DNA of 63,544 nucleotides, filler included, from Octopus bimaculoides (lineage: Eukaryota): NCBI RefSeq assembly GCF_001194135.2. It is 5 parts of 4 records of this genome, joined end to end, with 100 filler letters (N's around TTAATTAATTAA, not from the genome) between each part and the next. Parts side by side here need not be neighbours in the genome. Positions count along the whole stretch, not along the records: positions 38,293 to 63,544 come from NC_068988.1; 4 more parts are not named here. The stretch is one strand, 5' to 3'. Of the stretch, positions 38,293 through 51,000 are shown piece by piece. The translations under genes were made by a program, and so were the position numbers. Every line of letters begins with the position of its first letter. Position 1 is the stretch's first letter. A model generated the notes under the pieces. It ran no database searches. It saw only the letters and a list, made by a program, of their open reading frames with translations, and was not told the origin of the DNA.

Positions 38293-38757
38293 ATATATAT
38301 ACACATACTCACTTTTACGTTTCAGTCATTTGACTGCGGCGATGCTGGAGCACCACCTTCAGTCAAAGAAATCGACCCCAGGACTTATTCTTTATAAGCC
38401 TAGTACTTATTCTGTCAGTTTCTTTTGCCAAACTGCTAAGTTTCAGGGGCCTAAACACACCAATATTGGTTGTCAAGCGATGGAGGGTGGACAAACACAC
38501 ACACATAAATATATATATATATATATATGACGGGCTTCTTTCAGTTTCCATCTATCAAATCTACTCACAAGGTTTTGGTCAGCCTGAGGTTATAGTAGAA
38601 AACACTGAAGGTGCCACGCAGTGGGACTGAACCCAGAGCCACATGGTTGGGAAACAAGCTTCTTACTGCATTGCCACCATAACCAGAAGTAATACAAAGA
38701 ATACAGTAATGGTTGTTGTTCTGGAAGCTGTTCTATTTTTGCCTTTTTCTTCCTTAG

Positions 38758-38906
38758 ATATGGGTGCTTGGGCTCATCTCCCGGTGCCTGAACTTGTCCT
38801 CCAAGCAATTGCTGAGCAAGGTTTTACTCAGCCAACTCCAATACAGAACGAATGTCTGATTCCTGCCATTGAGTACAAGCAAGACATCATTGGTGCTGCT
38901 GCAACT
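38758..38906 (+). CDS. DDX24: DDX24 exon (Q motif)
   Basis: tccttag|ATATGGGT...GCAACT|gtaaga; [49 protein letters not shown]. Confidence 0.92.
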
Positions 38907-41900
38907 GTAAGAGACCTGCATATCTTCTCTATTTGTTAACCAAATGTTTTAGCATCAGTTGCCTTTGGGGGTTTTGTTACAGAGTTTCTCTTGAGAATAA
39001 AAACATGTAAACTATTTTTTTTATAATGTAACTACACTTAATCAAGATATGCACTTTATACGACTTGTTTAAATATTTTTCTTATGTCAAGTGGCAAGCT
39101 GGGCAAGACACTGGGCAAGACGCTGAGCAGCACTTCACCCATCTTTATGTTCTGAGTTCAAATTACACTGAGGTTACTTTTCGTCCTTTCAGGATCCATA
39201 AGATAATTACCAGTTGAACTTTGGAGGTTCCATCTAATTGACTTACCTGCTCCCCTAAAATTGCTGGCCTTGTGCCAAAATTTGAATCTAATATTTTCCT
39301 TTGTCTTTGTTGTAGGGAAGTGGTAAAACCTTAGCCTTTGGAATCCCTATTCTATACAATATCATGGAAGATGAAAAGATTAAGGCATCGAAAAGTGAAA
39401 AGCTTGAAACCGATAATGAGAACAACGAAAGCAGCCTGGCTCCGGGGAAGGAAGACGAAGGAAAGTCTAGTGATGAGAACGAGGCACTGGAAACAGACAA
39501 TGATAACCAAAATGTTGAGATTAATGTCACGGCTACAAATCGTGAACTTTTAGAAGATGAAGTTGAAGATGATGATGATGAAGATAGTGTATTTAAGAAA
39601 TTTGAAGAATCTCAGATTCCAGAGGATGATGGTTTAAAAGCTTTAATTCTCACTCCAACACGTGAACTGGCGGTACAAGTGAAAAACCATTTAGTTGCTG
39701 TCGCTAAATACACAAAAATAAAGGTCACTTACTCCTGTATCTATTTTCGTTGTGGTTAAATAACACAAGTTGGTCTTTGTTGTTGTATCAGTTTCTAGAT
39801 TGTTCTCTTCATCCTTCCTGGAATTCTTATTGTTGTTTTCATATTGTTTGATTCTTCTAAAGTTAATTGCGATTCTTCTAGACTGTAAATTGCACAATCA
39901 AGCTGATACAAATGAAAACATCCTGGTTAGAATTTTCATTGAGGTAGCTGAAAATAATGCTACAAGATTCTTTTGTTACTAAATTTTTGTTAAAATACAC
40001 AGATTTTGATTCTATTAACTTTGAAATTTATGAAGAATTTAGTAAAATAACTTTGTCCTTGTTAATTTGGTGTTTGGAACATAACATGAAATTTTGATGG
40101 CTTTAATTTAGATAAATTTAAAACAGTAAGTTTGTATCATAGTACCATGGGTCAGTATCAATAGGCTTAAACTAGCAGTACCCATGGAAACTGTATATTA
40201 TTTTGGAAACTCTAAGATTATTTATTATGGAGATGTACTTGCATAGCTAGTAATCTGAGATGCAGCTGAATTTTTTTGTCTGTGAACAGATTGTGTTTTT
40301 TTTCCCAGGTTGTTGCTATTATTGGTGGGATGTCAGAACAGAGACAAGAACGCATCTTGAAGAAACAACCACATATTATTGTTGCCACACCAGGACGGCT
40401 TTGGGAACTCTATGAGAAAGTATGTATAATATATGTGTGTGTGTGTGAGTATGTGTATATATCTATCTATCTATATATATATATATGAGTGTGTGTGTGT
40501 GTATGTATTTGTGTTTGCATGTTTGTTTACATATTCTCTTAATATTTCCTTTTATATTTACACATTTCTGTTTTCTTCTTTTGTCAGAGAAATCCTTACA
40601 TCTTAACTGTGAAAAACATCCAATATCTTGTCATTGATGAAGCTGATCGTATGGTAGAGAAAGGACATTTTGAGGAACTCCAGAAACTGCTCAGCATGTT
40701 ACGCCAGTTAGTACGGTTTTTATTTTAATAATCAACAAAACGTTTAGAGATGGACTTAAAAATAAGTTTCAAAATTTTGAAACGTTACCCGTGCTGGTAC
40801 CCTGTAATAGCACTGGTGCTGGTGCCACATAAACACCCACTACACTCTGTAAAGTGGTTGGTGTTAGGAAAGGCATCCAGCCATAGAAACCATGCTAAAA
40901 CTGACAATGCAACCTAGTACAGCTCTCTGGTTCACCATCTCCTATTGAACCTTCCAACCCATGCCAGCATAGAAAATGGCTGTTAAATGATGATGATGAT
41001 CAGCAATTCGTTGCTTTTCTATTTTGCTCTTTCTCTTTTCTTTTTCCTTTACATTTTTTTTTTGTATTTTTAAATACCATTTTTAATTGTTAAGCCTCAA
41101 GAAAATGAATATAAATCACAAAAGCAATAAGCTAGCAGTCTAGATTGTAAACGTGTGGAAAGGTATAGATACATGCATATACATATGCATACTATACATT
41201 TCTACAACTCCACTGATTGCCAAGCACCTATTGGACATCCATCTTCAGAACCCTTGTTTCTTGGCATTTCTGCTCAACAGACCACTCTTCTCAGTGTTCG
41301 TCTTGGCCTTACACAATGGATCCTCAAACTCTGGACTCCACAGAAAACAATGATACCTTCTTTTTTTTTTTCCATCCCAACTTACACTCTCTTTGGTCTC
41401 AACTCACCACCCACCTTCCTTCAACTTCTCCCTCACCCTACATGCACAAACAGCCACAATCTCACCAACCAAACTGACACACACACACACATACATACAC
41501 ACTGCTCCTCCCTTCCAGATACACACATACTTATTGCCTCAGAACTGAAGCCATGTGAGTGAATTTGATAGATGGAAACTGAAAAATGCCCATCATGTAT
41601 TGTGTGTGTGTATATAGATATGCATGTATGAAAAAAAAATATGCCTTGCATTCATTAAGATTTGTTATTTCTTAGTTTTAATCCAATGATATTTTCCTTT
41701 GCAGTTTCAGTAAAATGACTCAGAAGAGGCGTCAGACATTTTTGTTCTCCGCCACTTTGACATTAGCTCACATAGGTCCTCAACGAAAATTGTCGAGAAA
41801 GTTTCAAGCTAACCTGTTGACAACTGAAGGGAAAATCCGTAAGTTCTTTTCAACCATGTCTTGTTTTTGTCCAACTCCTCATCAACTTCATCATTTATTA

Positions 41901-44900
41901 TTCATCTTCCATGTTTGCATGAGCTGGACAGTTTTAACAGAATTCAATGGGCCCAGTAATACATCATGCTCCATTGTTTGCTTTGGCATGGTTTCTACAG
42001 CTGGATGGCCTTCCTAATGCCCACCACTTTGCAGAGTGTACTGGATGCTTCTTTTGTGGCACTATGTGGCTAACATGACGAAGAGCCTCTTCAACTGAGT
42101 GAAGCTACAGCTGAAGGGAGGCAGGCTTTTACTTGATAATAAGGAGTCAAAACTGAAGAGGTTTCTTATTGTGGAGGAGATACATGGCTGCTCATGTTTT
42201 GCATGAGTTGGTGAGAGTAATCAGGGTGGAACTGGAAAGAGTGACAAGGGTGGTGTTTATAATGGTTAATGCTTTGAGAGGTGATAAGCATCATGGAGAT
42301 GGATCTGTCACCCACCCGTGTTTTGCATATCAAGCTAATGTCCTACACTGTGGCAGTGTTTTTCAGAAAGACATGGTGTAATTCTCAAATCTCATTTACT
42401 CTTCATCCATGAATTACTTAACTTCATGTCTAACAAGAGGAAATAATGGAAAACTTACCAATGCACAGGGTGACCTCAAAAAAAAAAAAAAAAACAGAAT
42501 CCACAAATCTTTGAATAAAATGATGCAGAAGGATAGATTGAGATGAAGAGTGGTTCCAGCAAGACAGGGCCACCCCACCCCCATGCATCAAATGACTCCC
42601 TAACCTGGCTGAGAGAGCGATTTCAGGAGAGACTGATCAACAGGAAGTGTGAGGTTGAGTGGCCACCCCATTCACCAGACTTGACCTCCCCACCAGAGTT
42701 TTATATGTGGGGGTATCTCAAGGATGATGTCTACCAGAAGAACCCTCAAACGATTGGCAGCAACCACAGCAGAAATCAGGGAAATCCCCAAAGAGGAACG
42801 TGTTTGAGTAATTGACAATTTTGCATGACGTATGCAAGTGTTTGTGCAATGTATGCCATTTGGAGCATATTTTGAAAAGAACATGACTTTTATGCAAAGG
42901 GAATGGGTGTACACAGACCAAAGATTAAGTCCAGGAAGTTTCAAGAAATTTGCTCGACCTTTGTAGGATTTAATAAAACTTTTATGGGTTTTGTTTTTTT
43001 CTGGGTCCCCTGTACTTTCATTAATTGTAGTGATGATATTTTCCAGATTTACCATTCTATCAGATGAAGATCACATTAACTTTATGAAATAAGTCAATTT
43101 CTTATGTGATGAGGGGAGGGGATGTCTGGTGTTTAGGTTAAGGTCTTCTTTGGTAAAATGTAATTGATGGAATTTTACCAATGTTCATCCTCACTAGTTT
43201 CTTTAGATTGTAGTTGTTTTGTTTGATTATTAACTTTAAATGCTGAAGGTCTTTTTAACCAGGTTTTCATGTCTTTACATTTTGTATATACAGGTATGTT
43301 AATGTCATCACTATACCTGTAGCTTCATCATCATTATTTAACATTTTTTTTCCATGCTGGCATGGGTTGGATGGTTTGACAGGATCCAGGTTGCTCCAGG
43401 GCCATGTTGAACTCCAACATCAGCTTTGGCATGGTTTCTATGGCTAGATGCCCTTTCAAATGCCAGCTGTTTTTTGGTGTGTACTGGGTGTTTTTATTTC
43501 ATGCCACTGGCGCTAGTGAAATTGCCAAGTAACTTGCAAGAGAAGAAAAAGTAAGAGAAAAAAACGCTCCCTTGACTGAGAAAGGGGTAACATTTGAAGG
43601 GGGTAGTGATTTTATATCGGGTTTTGGAGGTTAAAGTATGATAGAGGGACAAATACAAATGGATTGATGTGGTGGTCTTTGCTGCATATAGATATGCTGA
43701 TGTATAAGATGTATATGTTGTATATATATATATATATAGGTATGATGATGTATAAGATGGGTCTGAAAAAAGGAGCCAAAATGGTTGATTTGACTGAAAA
43801 AACAAGAACTGCAGAGAAACTGTCCGAAGCCAAAGTTCTTTGTGAACGTGAAAAAAAGGTATGTTTATTTAGCCCTTTAATTGTTTTATTTCTAACCAAA
43901 ATGTTTCAATTGAATTCTTAAACAGCCACCAGCCCTCACCTGTTTCCAAGCAAGGTTTAAACCTCTCCATGGCTGGATAGGTTTTCATGGAAGACTCGAT
44001 ACAAGGGACGCTTATTTACGACTCACATGATGTCATGACAAGGAAACACAAGAATATTTACTCACACACACGTACACACACACATGCGCATGTGATTGGT
44101 TTCTTTCAGTTTTTATCTACTAAATCCATTTACAAATCTGCCAAGAGCTATAAACAGGAGACCCTTGCCCAAGGTGTCACACAGCAGGATTGAACCGAAA
44201 ACCATGTGGATGGGAAAGAAACTTCTTAATCATACGGCCTAGCCTACACCTCTACAGCATTCTACAAGGGTGAGTCAAAAACTAATGTCATTTAGTTTAG
44301 GACAGGTAGAATTACCAACACAGGAACCTGTGTCATTCCCCAAAATGAAGCTGGTCCTCTGTCTGATACATGTTCCTGTGTTGGTAATTCTACCTGTCCT
44401 AAACAAAATGGCATTACTTTTTGACTCACCTTCATATCTACTTCTGACTGGATATCTGGTTTGTGATCTTTTCTATCAATCATAAATCTTTAGTTCTGCA
44501 TTGATATATTTTATGTCTCAACATTGTTTTCATTGATTCTTTTTCCAGACAAAGCAAATACTTCTGCTTTGAGTTTATTTTTCCCAAATGGTAATTTTCT
44601 TTTTTTTCCCTCATTTTTGTCTTTGCAGGATGTTTATTTATATTACTTTTTAAAACAGCATCTTGGCCGAACGTTAGTATTTTGCAACAGCAAAGACTGT
44701 ATTCGCCGTTTAGTGTCCATTTTCACATTGCTCGAGTGCCACCCGTTACCTTTACACTCTGACATGCATCAAAAACAGAGACTAAAAAACTTGGAGCGGT
44801 TTTCCTGTAAGTAATTCCGGTGCCAATCCTTTGATTTGGTTTGATTATTTTTCAAACTTCCAATTATTGTAGGCAATAAAGAAATAAGAAGCTTGCTTCG

Positions 44901-45025
44901 CAACCACATGGCTCTGGGTTCAGTCCCATTGCATGGCACCTTGAGCAAGTTTTTTACCATAGCCTCCGGCTGGCGAAAGCCTAGTGAGTGGATTTGGTAG
45001 AGACAAATACTGAAAGAAGCCCGTC

Positions 45026-45087
<62 letters not shown>

Positions 45088-48000
45088 ATGTGTGTGTGTG
45101 CAATTACTATAATAACAAAGTTTCAAAGTCAAGAGAAAACCTGAATCTCACCACTACTTTCTTTATTCTATATGTTTCTATAATAATAATAATCTGTGTT
45201 GTAATTATTTCATTTTTAGCCAATCCTAATGCCTTGCTATTAGCTACAGACATTGCTGCTCGAGGTTTGGATATTCCAAAAATAGATCATGTTATCCACT
45301 TCCAAGTGCCCCATACAGTGGAGGTTAGTATTGTTTTAATAACTGAATAAGCTTTACAATTAACTGTGAACTAGTTACTAAATAAAGTTTATAGTCTGTA
45401 TCTGCACCAGGATTTAATTTATGCTTTAACATTGATCTGTGTTTTGTACCTTGCTCAGGAGCACAGTGGCTCAAGTAAGGTTTGAACTGATCACAGTGTG
45501 GTTAGTAACCTAGTATTTTAGCTTTGCAACCAGTCTCCCTCTTTGCACGAATATTTAAAATATATTTCATTGTAATGTGTTATTTTATGTTGTTGTGAAT
45601 GTCATCATTGTATATTACCGTGTGCTATTAATAAAATACCAGTCAAATACTGGGGTGAGATTATGTCTGATACTAGTATTACGCAAGGTTCTTTCACTGA
45701 AAATCTTGAGCAATATGTGGTGTGTCTGTCATTGTACCTGACATAGCAGCTGTTGGTATTTAATTACTATTAACTTTAACGAGCTTAGACATGCCATAAC
45801 CTATTCCAAAGACTGCCAGAGCTTTTACTGTGCTGGTCTGTTATATATGCATCTATATATATAGCTTGGTCGATGCCAGTGCCACATAACTGGTCCCATG
45901 CCGGTGGCATGTAAAAATCTCCATTCAAGCATGGTCGATGCCAGTACTACCTAACTGACCCTCGTGCCAGCGGCACAGAAAAAGCACCCACTACACTCTT
46001 GGAGTGGTTGCATTAGGAAGGGCATCCAGATGTAGAAACTTTACCAGATCAGACTGGAACCTGGTACAGCCTTAGTCAAATCGTCCAACCCATGCCAGCA
46101 TGGAAAGTAGACATTAAACGACGATGATGATGATATATCATGTTTAGGGCAGTGGTGGTTCACCCTTGGGAAGGTCTTGTGCATATGAACCTTCTCTAGC
46201 ACTCCCTATGTGACCTGGGAAGCCCTGTACCCTCCCTGTGGTTGTTGGGTAGTTTACTGGAACTTTGGCTACAATGACTAGACTTGGAATGAATACTGGA
46301 GTGGTCGCCCGTTGCTGTCTCCTGGTCGGGTGGGGGTTGGGGGTTTGGAAATTAAAACTCAGAATGGAAAGAGCTGGAAGATATACGGTAAAACATCTCC
46401 GCTGGTGCACCAATGATTCTGCTGCTCTGCCATCCACAGGGCAAAACATGAAATGAAGTGTTTTGCTGAAGAACCCAACATGCCACCTGATTCAGGAATG
46501 GAACCCATGATCTAGAGATGATGAGGCTATGTGCCTTCATTATGTACTATGTATCCTTCTGTATAAGTTCCATCCCTGATTTAGGATTAAGTCAGAGTAC
46601 AAAGTTTTTCCCTTCACAGTTTTGGCTTTGCTCATGTTTAAATGACACTCTAGTTTTATTTTATTTTTTAAAAAATTAAAATCATCATCATTTAACATCT
46701 GTTGTCCATGCTGGCATAGGTTGGATGGTTTGATCAGGGCTGGCAAGTTGGAAGGCTGCACCAGACTCCAGTCTGATTTGGAATGATTTCTACGGCTGGA
46801 TGCCCTTCCTCATGCCAACCACTCCAAGAGTGCAATGGTTGCTTTTACGTGCCACCAGTATCTGCCACGACTGTGATTTCGATTGGCTTGATGGCTCTTC
46901 TCAAGCACGACGTAATGCTAAAGGTCTCGGCCATTGCCTCCGTGAGGCCCAACACTCGAAAGGAAATCCAGTGCAAAACAGGGTGCTTTATATGCAAGTA
47001 AATACGATAGATTCTGATCTAAAAGGCTTATTTAGTTTCCAGTGTTTTATTTCAAACTTTCTTCTTTTTATTGCAACTCTTCAGAGAAAATTATTTCTTA
47101 CTTTAAACTGTTGTCCTTCTTCTTCTCTTCCTCCTCCTCCTCCTTAGAACTACATACACCGTAGTGGTCGTACAGCTCGAGCCTCACAAGAAGGTTTAAC
47201 AGTGTTGCTTATCTCTCCAGAAGAGCAGAAAGGTTACAGAAAGATTCTTTATAGTTTGAACAGAAGTAAGTGTATTTGACCGTTTTTACTTGTGGCTCAT
47301 TGTGCCTGGAATGTCTTAAAAGTAAGGAAAAACTCAAACAGTTTTATAGTATAGAACCTGGTAAGTATATCAGAAACAATATTGGTTTCTCATATACACA
47401 GAAGGTCACAACTTCTAGAGAAGGGTGCAGTTGATTATTTTTTCATTTGTTTTTTTTTCCATCAATCCTGGGAGGCTGAAGGCCAAAGTTCGTTGAATGG
47501 AAAGCACTACTGCTGGTGCCATGTGTAAAGCACCTTGTGTGCTCTGTAAAGTGGTTGACATGAGAAAGTACATCCAGCTGTAGAAATCATGCCAAACAGA
47601 CAAATAGAGGTGCAGCCCCTGGTGATGCCAGTTTCTGTCAAACCATCCAACCCTTGCCTGCATGGAAGACAGACACATAATGGTCATTAAGACCAACTTT
47701 AGCATCATTTATCTGACAAGACAACCTTTTACTGTCAAACTATCTTTTCTTGTCTTATTGCTGCTACATGGTCTGTGCTCTTCAACTTGTTCAGACTGTA
47801 TACCTCCTCCACACAAACATAATCATTTCATTTACTGTCCGTTTTCCTATCATATCTGTCTCAGAAGTGCTTCCTTCTCTTCCTATATTTTAACCCTTAA
47901 CTGCTCATCTTCAGAAATTCAAACTGATTTTACATAAATGACTTTCTCCAGCAGCGCTGGACGACTTTTAAATCAAAGGTTCTTAAACTTCTTATATCTG

Positions 48001-51000
48001 GGCCAGATCCCAAACTGGAATGTTTTTCGGGGGCTGCACCAAAAAAATTAAACCACAAGTCAAAGAAAAACTGTTGGGGACTGCTGAAAGGATGCATGAG
48101 GGCCGTATGTGGCCCTGGGATCCACAGTTGAGAACTGCTAGAAATAAGGGCCTTAACCTGGTCTGGCTCTTGCTTGGTTCATATTTCAGAGGTGAATGTG
48201 TGATTGAAGAATCGATCGGTTGGTTGTCTAATTCTGATTGCTCTGAGTTTATTGAGGACATAGAATATAGTCCAAACCCCGACAATACATTTTCTTTTAA
48301 TGGTCTCATGAAAAGAGGAATGGCAGCATTTCTGAAACTAATGGGGGGACCAGTGAAGAAATGGAATCAGGACTCCAAGGTTATCCTCAGACCAGAGACC
48401 TGGTTCCAGTGTTACCATCAGACTGGACTCTGCTAAAATTACCCAAAGGACAAGCAAGGGTTGTTAAACAGGGTCACACTCAATCACAAATGCAACCAAT
48501 CCAAGGAGGGGTGGTGGGCTTTGGTATAGTTGCTGTCTGCCCAATTTTATTTACAAACTTTGGGTTGGCCCAAGAAAAAGACTCTTGACAAGTTGCTATG
48601 CCATGTAGGAGGATTGAACCCCGGATAACACACTAATGAAGTGAATTTCTCAACCACTTTACCTCATGGCCATCTTCATAGCATTTCCGTGCTAAATCAA
48701 CATTCCAATCCAACGTAATTCAGTCTGTTTCCATTCAATTTTCAGCCAAAGACTTTGACCAGTTTCCGGTTGACAATAGTTACATACCAGCAATAAATGC
48801 CAGGATGCAGTTGGCACTGAAAATTGACACTGAAGAACACAGGTTAGTATGGCAGTGTTGCAATAATCCTTTCATATTCCTCAGGTTTCTTGAAATCAAT
48901 CCTATAACTTTAAACATAAAGGTTCAGTTTTAGTGCTTATTCGTAAAGTTGTCGCTTCGATACCTGCTAATTAACTTCAATTGTCTGTAGCTGTCAAATT
49001 TAATAATAAAAAAGAATTGTAAATCATCTGTATAGAAAATTGGTGAATAATCATCAAAGAATAAATCCATGGTAATTAACAGCCTCAATTAGTAATAGGT
49101 CATTAAACTTCAACACGTCATCATTATCATCATCATTTAACGTCCATCTTCCATGCTGGCATGGGTTGGACAGTTTGGCTGTAACTGGCAAGCCTGAGAG
49201 CTGCACCAGGTTCCATTATCTGTTTTTGGCACGATTGGATGCCCTTCATAATGCCAGCCACTTTACAGAGTGTATTGGCTGCCTTTTGCATGGCACCAGC
49301 ATGAGTGCTCTATACACGGCACCAGCACGAGTGCTCTATACGCGGCACCAGCACGAATGCTCAGTAATTGGCAAAATTTAAGATCTGTATGTAAAAAATT
49401 TAACAAAGTTTCAAGCAAATATTGTTCATAAATTCTTCTTGAGCATCATTAATTCAAACAATGTGTTTGAATTAATGTTGTCCCTTGTCCCTATTTGGGA
49501 CCATCGATATTAAACTGATTAATTCAGTGCTTAAGAAGGGCCTCAAGTTCAAGTAATGGTGAGGTTGTTACACAAACTAGTTTCTCCATACCCAGTTTGA
49601 TTTCATGTAAATCTTTATTAAATGGTGGCTTTAGCAAATTTCTTTTCTTACGTATATTTGTAGGTTTGACAAGAAAAAACATGAAAATAACTGGTTCCGG
49701 AAGACAGCAGAAGAGATGGACATCGAACTGGACGAAGAGAACTTGTATCCTTTTTGTCTGCAGCTCTACCATCACAACTTTTATTTAGAAAATACTCTGT
49801 TCTATCTCCTTGAAAAATATTTCATGGCTGTATGATCTGAGTTGATTTCCCAACCCTGTGGTTCCAGGTTCAGTTCCACTGTGTGATACCTTGAGCACGT
49901 GTCTTTTATCACAGCCTTGGCTTGACCAACGTCTTGCGAGTGGATTTGGTTGGTAGAAACTAGAAGCTTTTCGTTGTATGTTTGGTGCTCGGCTCACAAA
50001 TTATCACAAGACTTTGATGTAAAGTTTTAATTTAGATCACTTTAACCTTTTCGTTACCATATGTCTTTTGAAATACACTGCTTTTGTCTCAATTAATTTT
50101 GAAAATAATGAAGAATTTAGTAAAATAATTTTCTCATTATGAAGATGATGTTTGGAACAAAACACAAAATTTTGATGGAAAGTTTTAATTTAGGTAACTT
50201 TAAACAAGAAGTTCATATCACAAAACAAAAAGACAGTCTCAGTAGGGGTGGTACCCAAAGGGTTAATTCTAATAATCTAAAGAGTGAATGACTTGTTAGG
50301 TTCAATGTAGAGTGTTTACTGAGATTGTTTTATTGTGTAGTTATTACATTATTTACAATGGATGGCTAGGTGTCCTCATCTTGTTTGTTATTACTGCAAC
50401 GTTTCAGCTGATGTATTCTCCAGCTTTCATCAGGTGTTCTGGTGGAATTTCAAACCCAACCCTTTGTTTCACTGATGGAGTACTCTGCTCTCATTCCTAA
50501 GGTATTCTTTTTGCTGATGTTATTTTTTCTGTAGACGTTATTTACCAAGTCTTTGCCTGGGATTGAACTCAGAATCCGAGGGTCAGTAGCCCATGCTCTT
50601 ATCCACTCCCCTATATGCCTGTAGACTTACAGGCATATAGCATAGTGGATAAGAATTCAGGCTACACTATATGCATGTAGGCCTACGAGCATATAGCATA
50701 GTAGATAAGAGTGCAGGCTACTAACCCTTGGATTCTGGGTTCAATCCCAGGCAGGGACTTGGAAAATAATATCAACAGAAAAAGTAACATCAGCAAAAAA
50801 AATGAATATCTTAAGAATGAGAACAGAGTACCCCATTAGTGAAATTAAGGGTTGGCTTTGAAATTCTGCCAGAACACTCGATGAAGGCTGGAGAGTACAT
50901 CAGCTGAAACGTGGTAACAACAAACAAGGTGAGGACACATACCTGTCCATTGTAAATAATGTACATAATTCCTCATCTCAAAAATATAGAATAGTAGTTA

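Noticed and set aside
48020-48588. 138-aa and 75-aa ORFs in a DDX24 intron
   Set aside because: No splice signals or recognisable domain; partly overlaps a MITE remnant.
50690-50760. tRNA-like sequence (also 61480-61545 and the SINE heads)
   Set aside because: A/B boxes only; no complete acceptor stem or cloverleaf, and embedded in repeats.
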